This document shows positions 30,426-32,000 of a stretch of 32,000 bases of DNA, in pieces. Numbering within the stretch: the first letter of the stretch is position 1; every line of letters starts with the position of its first letter. Where the stretch lies: assembly GCF_940807255.1 (NCBI RefSeq), contig NZ_CALNWY010000006.1, positions 57,139-89,138 of the forward strand, in the 5' to 3' direction. This DNA comes from Mixta sp. Marseille-Q2659. GTDB taxonomy: Bacteria > Pseudomonadota > Gammaproteobacteria > Enterobacterales > Enterobacteriaceae. The position numbers and the translations under genes were made by a program. Below the pieces are notes generated by a model that worked only from the letters and a program-made list of their open reading frames with translations, had not been told where the DNA came from and did not search any database.

Positions 30426-31970
30426 TTAACCCGCCAGGAAAAAACGAAACGCCGGGTTCTGGCTTTCATCGTGAAAGTCATAACCCAAAGCCGTGAGATG
30501 TTCTTCAAAGCGCGGCTCGTTTTCGCTCAGCTCAAAGGCCGCCAGCACCCGACCGTAGTCGGTGCCGTGGCTGCGATAGTGAAATAGTGAAATATTCCAG
30601 TGCGTGCCCAGCGTTTGCAAAAACTTCAGCAGCGCACCGGGCGCCTCCGGGAATTCAAAACTAAACAGACGTTCGCGCAGCGGCTTAGAGGGACGACCGC
30701 CGACCATGTAACGCACATGGAGTTTCGCCATTTCATCATCGGATAAATCAACGACCTGATAGCCGCCGGAAAGTAACTCATCGATGATTTCCCGGCGCTC
30801 TTCACGACCGCGTGTCAGACGCACGCCGACAAAAATGCAGGCGTCGCTGGCATCGGCGTAACGATAGTTAAATTCCGTTACCGCCCGGCCGCCCAGCGTC
30901 TGGCAGAATTTCAGGAAGCTGCCCTGCTGTTCAGGAATCGTCACGGCCAACAATGCCTCACGCTGTTCGCCCAGCTCACAACGCTCTGAAACGTAGCGCA
31001 GCCCGTGAAAGTTAACGTTGGCGCCGGAGAGAATATGCGCCAGCCTTTCGCCCTGAAGATTATGCTGCTGGATATATTTTTTCATGCCAGCCAGCGCTAA
31101 TGCGCCTGATGGTTCAGCAACGGCGCGCACATCCTCAAACAGATCTTTCATTGCTGCACAGATAGCATCGCTGTCAACGGTGACAATATCGTCAAGCCAC
31201 TCCTGGCACAGGCGAAAAGTCTCGCTGCCGATGCGCCTTACTGCTACGCCTTCGGCAAACAGCCCAACGCGCGGCAGATCTACCGGTTCTCCGGCATCCA
31301 GCGCCGCTTTTAAACAGGCCGATTCAGCGGCTTCTACCGCAATGACCTTAATCTGCGGCATCAGCTGCTTAATCAAAACCGCGACGCCCGCCGCCAGACC
31401 GCCGCCACCCACTGGCACAAAAATACGATCGAGATGCGCATCCTGCTGGAGCAGCTCCATGCCCAACGTTCCCTGACCGGCAATCACCGCCGGATGATCG
31501 AATGGCGGCACAAAGGTATAGCCCTGCTGCTCTGATAGCTCGATCGCTTTCGCTTTCGCCTCGTCAAAATTGGCGCCGTACAGATAAGCCTCACCGCCGA
31601 ACGCACGCACCGCTTCAACTTTAATCTCTGCCGTCGTCACCGGCATGACAATCAGCGACTTAATGCCCAGTTTACTGGCAGAAAGCGCCACGCCCTGCGC
31701 ATGGTTTCCCGCCGAGGCAGTGACCACGCCGCGCGCCTTTTGCTCTTCATCTAACCCAGCAATCATCGCGTAAGCGCCGCGCAGTTTAAAACTGTGGACC
31801 GGTTGACGATCTTCACGCTTAACCAGAATGGTATTACCGAGGCGCGCAGAGAGCTTCTCCATCTTTTGTAACGGCGTTACCTGCGCCACTTCATAAACGG
31901 GCGCACGCAGCACGGCGCGCAGATATTCAGCGCCGCAGGGTGCGTCCGGTAACGGTTGAGACTCAGCCAT
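30426..31970 (-). CDS. ilvA: L-threonine dehydratase, biosynthetic
   Basis: 514 aa. MAESQPLPDAPCGAEYLRAVLRAPVYEVAQVTPLQKMEKLS...NPAFRFFLAG has the same length as E. coli IlvA. The PLP lysine context is SFKLRGA. Confidence 0.98.
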   Translation of the reverse strand: MAESQPLPDAPCGAEYLRAVLRAPVYEVAQVTPLQKMEKLSARLGNTILVKREDRQPVHSFKLRGAYAMIAGLDEEQKARGVVTASAGNHAQGVALSASKLGIKSLIVMPVTTAEIKVEAVRAFGGEAYLYGANFDEAKAKAIELSEQQGYTFVPPFDHPAVIAGQGTLGMELLQQDAHLDRIFVPVGGGGLAAGVAVLIKQLMPQIKVIAVEAAESACLKAALDAGEPVDLPRVGLFAEGVAVRRIGSETFRLCQEWLDDIVTVDSDAICAAMKDLFEDVRAVAEPSGALALAGMKKYIQQHNLQGERLAHILSGANVNFHGLRYVSERCELGEQREALLAVTIPEQQGSFLKFCQTLGGRAVTEFNYRYADASDACIFVGVRLTRGREERREIIDELLSGGYQVVDLSDDEMAKLHVRYMVGGRPSKPLRERLFSFEFPEAPGALLKFLQTLGTHWNISLFHYRSHGTDYGRVLAAFELSENEPRFEEHLTALGYDFHDESQNPAFRFFLAG

Positions 31971-31972
31971 CC

Positions 31973-32000
31973 TTAGCCTCCCAGCTTCGATTTATCACGT
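31973..32000 (-). CDS. ilvD: dihydroxy-acid dehydratase, last 8 codons plus stop (5' part outside the window)
   Basis: The reverse complement reads CGT GAT AAA TCG AAG CTG GGA GGC TAA = RDKSKLGG*, matching the E. coli IlvD C-terminus. Its GGAGG doubles as the ilvA SD. Only 28 nt are visible. Confidence 0.7.

Overview
This window is a conserved core-chromosome segment of an Enterobacterales genome. It is syntenic, in inverted orientation, with the E. coli K-12 cya-hem-wec-rho-ilv region. The proteins are clearly diverged from E. coli; an Erwiniaceae-like origin is only a guess and cannot be verified here.

Gene order: cyaA' (-), hemCDXY (+), a ~1 kb non-coding interval, the tRNA operon argX-hisR-leuT-proM (-), and the complete 12-gene enterobacterial common antigen cluster wecA-wzzE-wecB-wecC-rffG-rffH-wecD-wecE-wzxE-wecF-wzyE-wecG (-). 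These are followed by rho (-), trxA (-), rhlB (+), gppA (+), rep (-), ppiC (+), ilvC (-), ilvY (+), ilvA (-) and the last codons of ilvD (-). All genes look intact. Several ORF-track entries have spurious N-terminal extensions, which I trimmed using homolog N-termini, SD sequences and ATGA overlaps.

I see no mobile element, CRISPR array, defence system or clearly novel gene system, and I will not invent one. The content the ORF track misses lies in the hemY-tRNA gap (5713..6721):
- a GlmZ small-RNA homolog on the minus strand;
- a sigma-54-type promoter for it, with three TGTC-N10-GACA (GlrR/QseF-type) upstream sites;
- two perfect microsatellites on either side: (TGTGGGC)x10, which fits a G-quadruplex pattern, and (GAAGCA)x17.5.

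E. coli carries aslA/aslB and yifK around these tRNAs; this genome does not.
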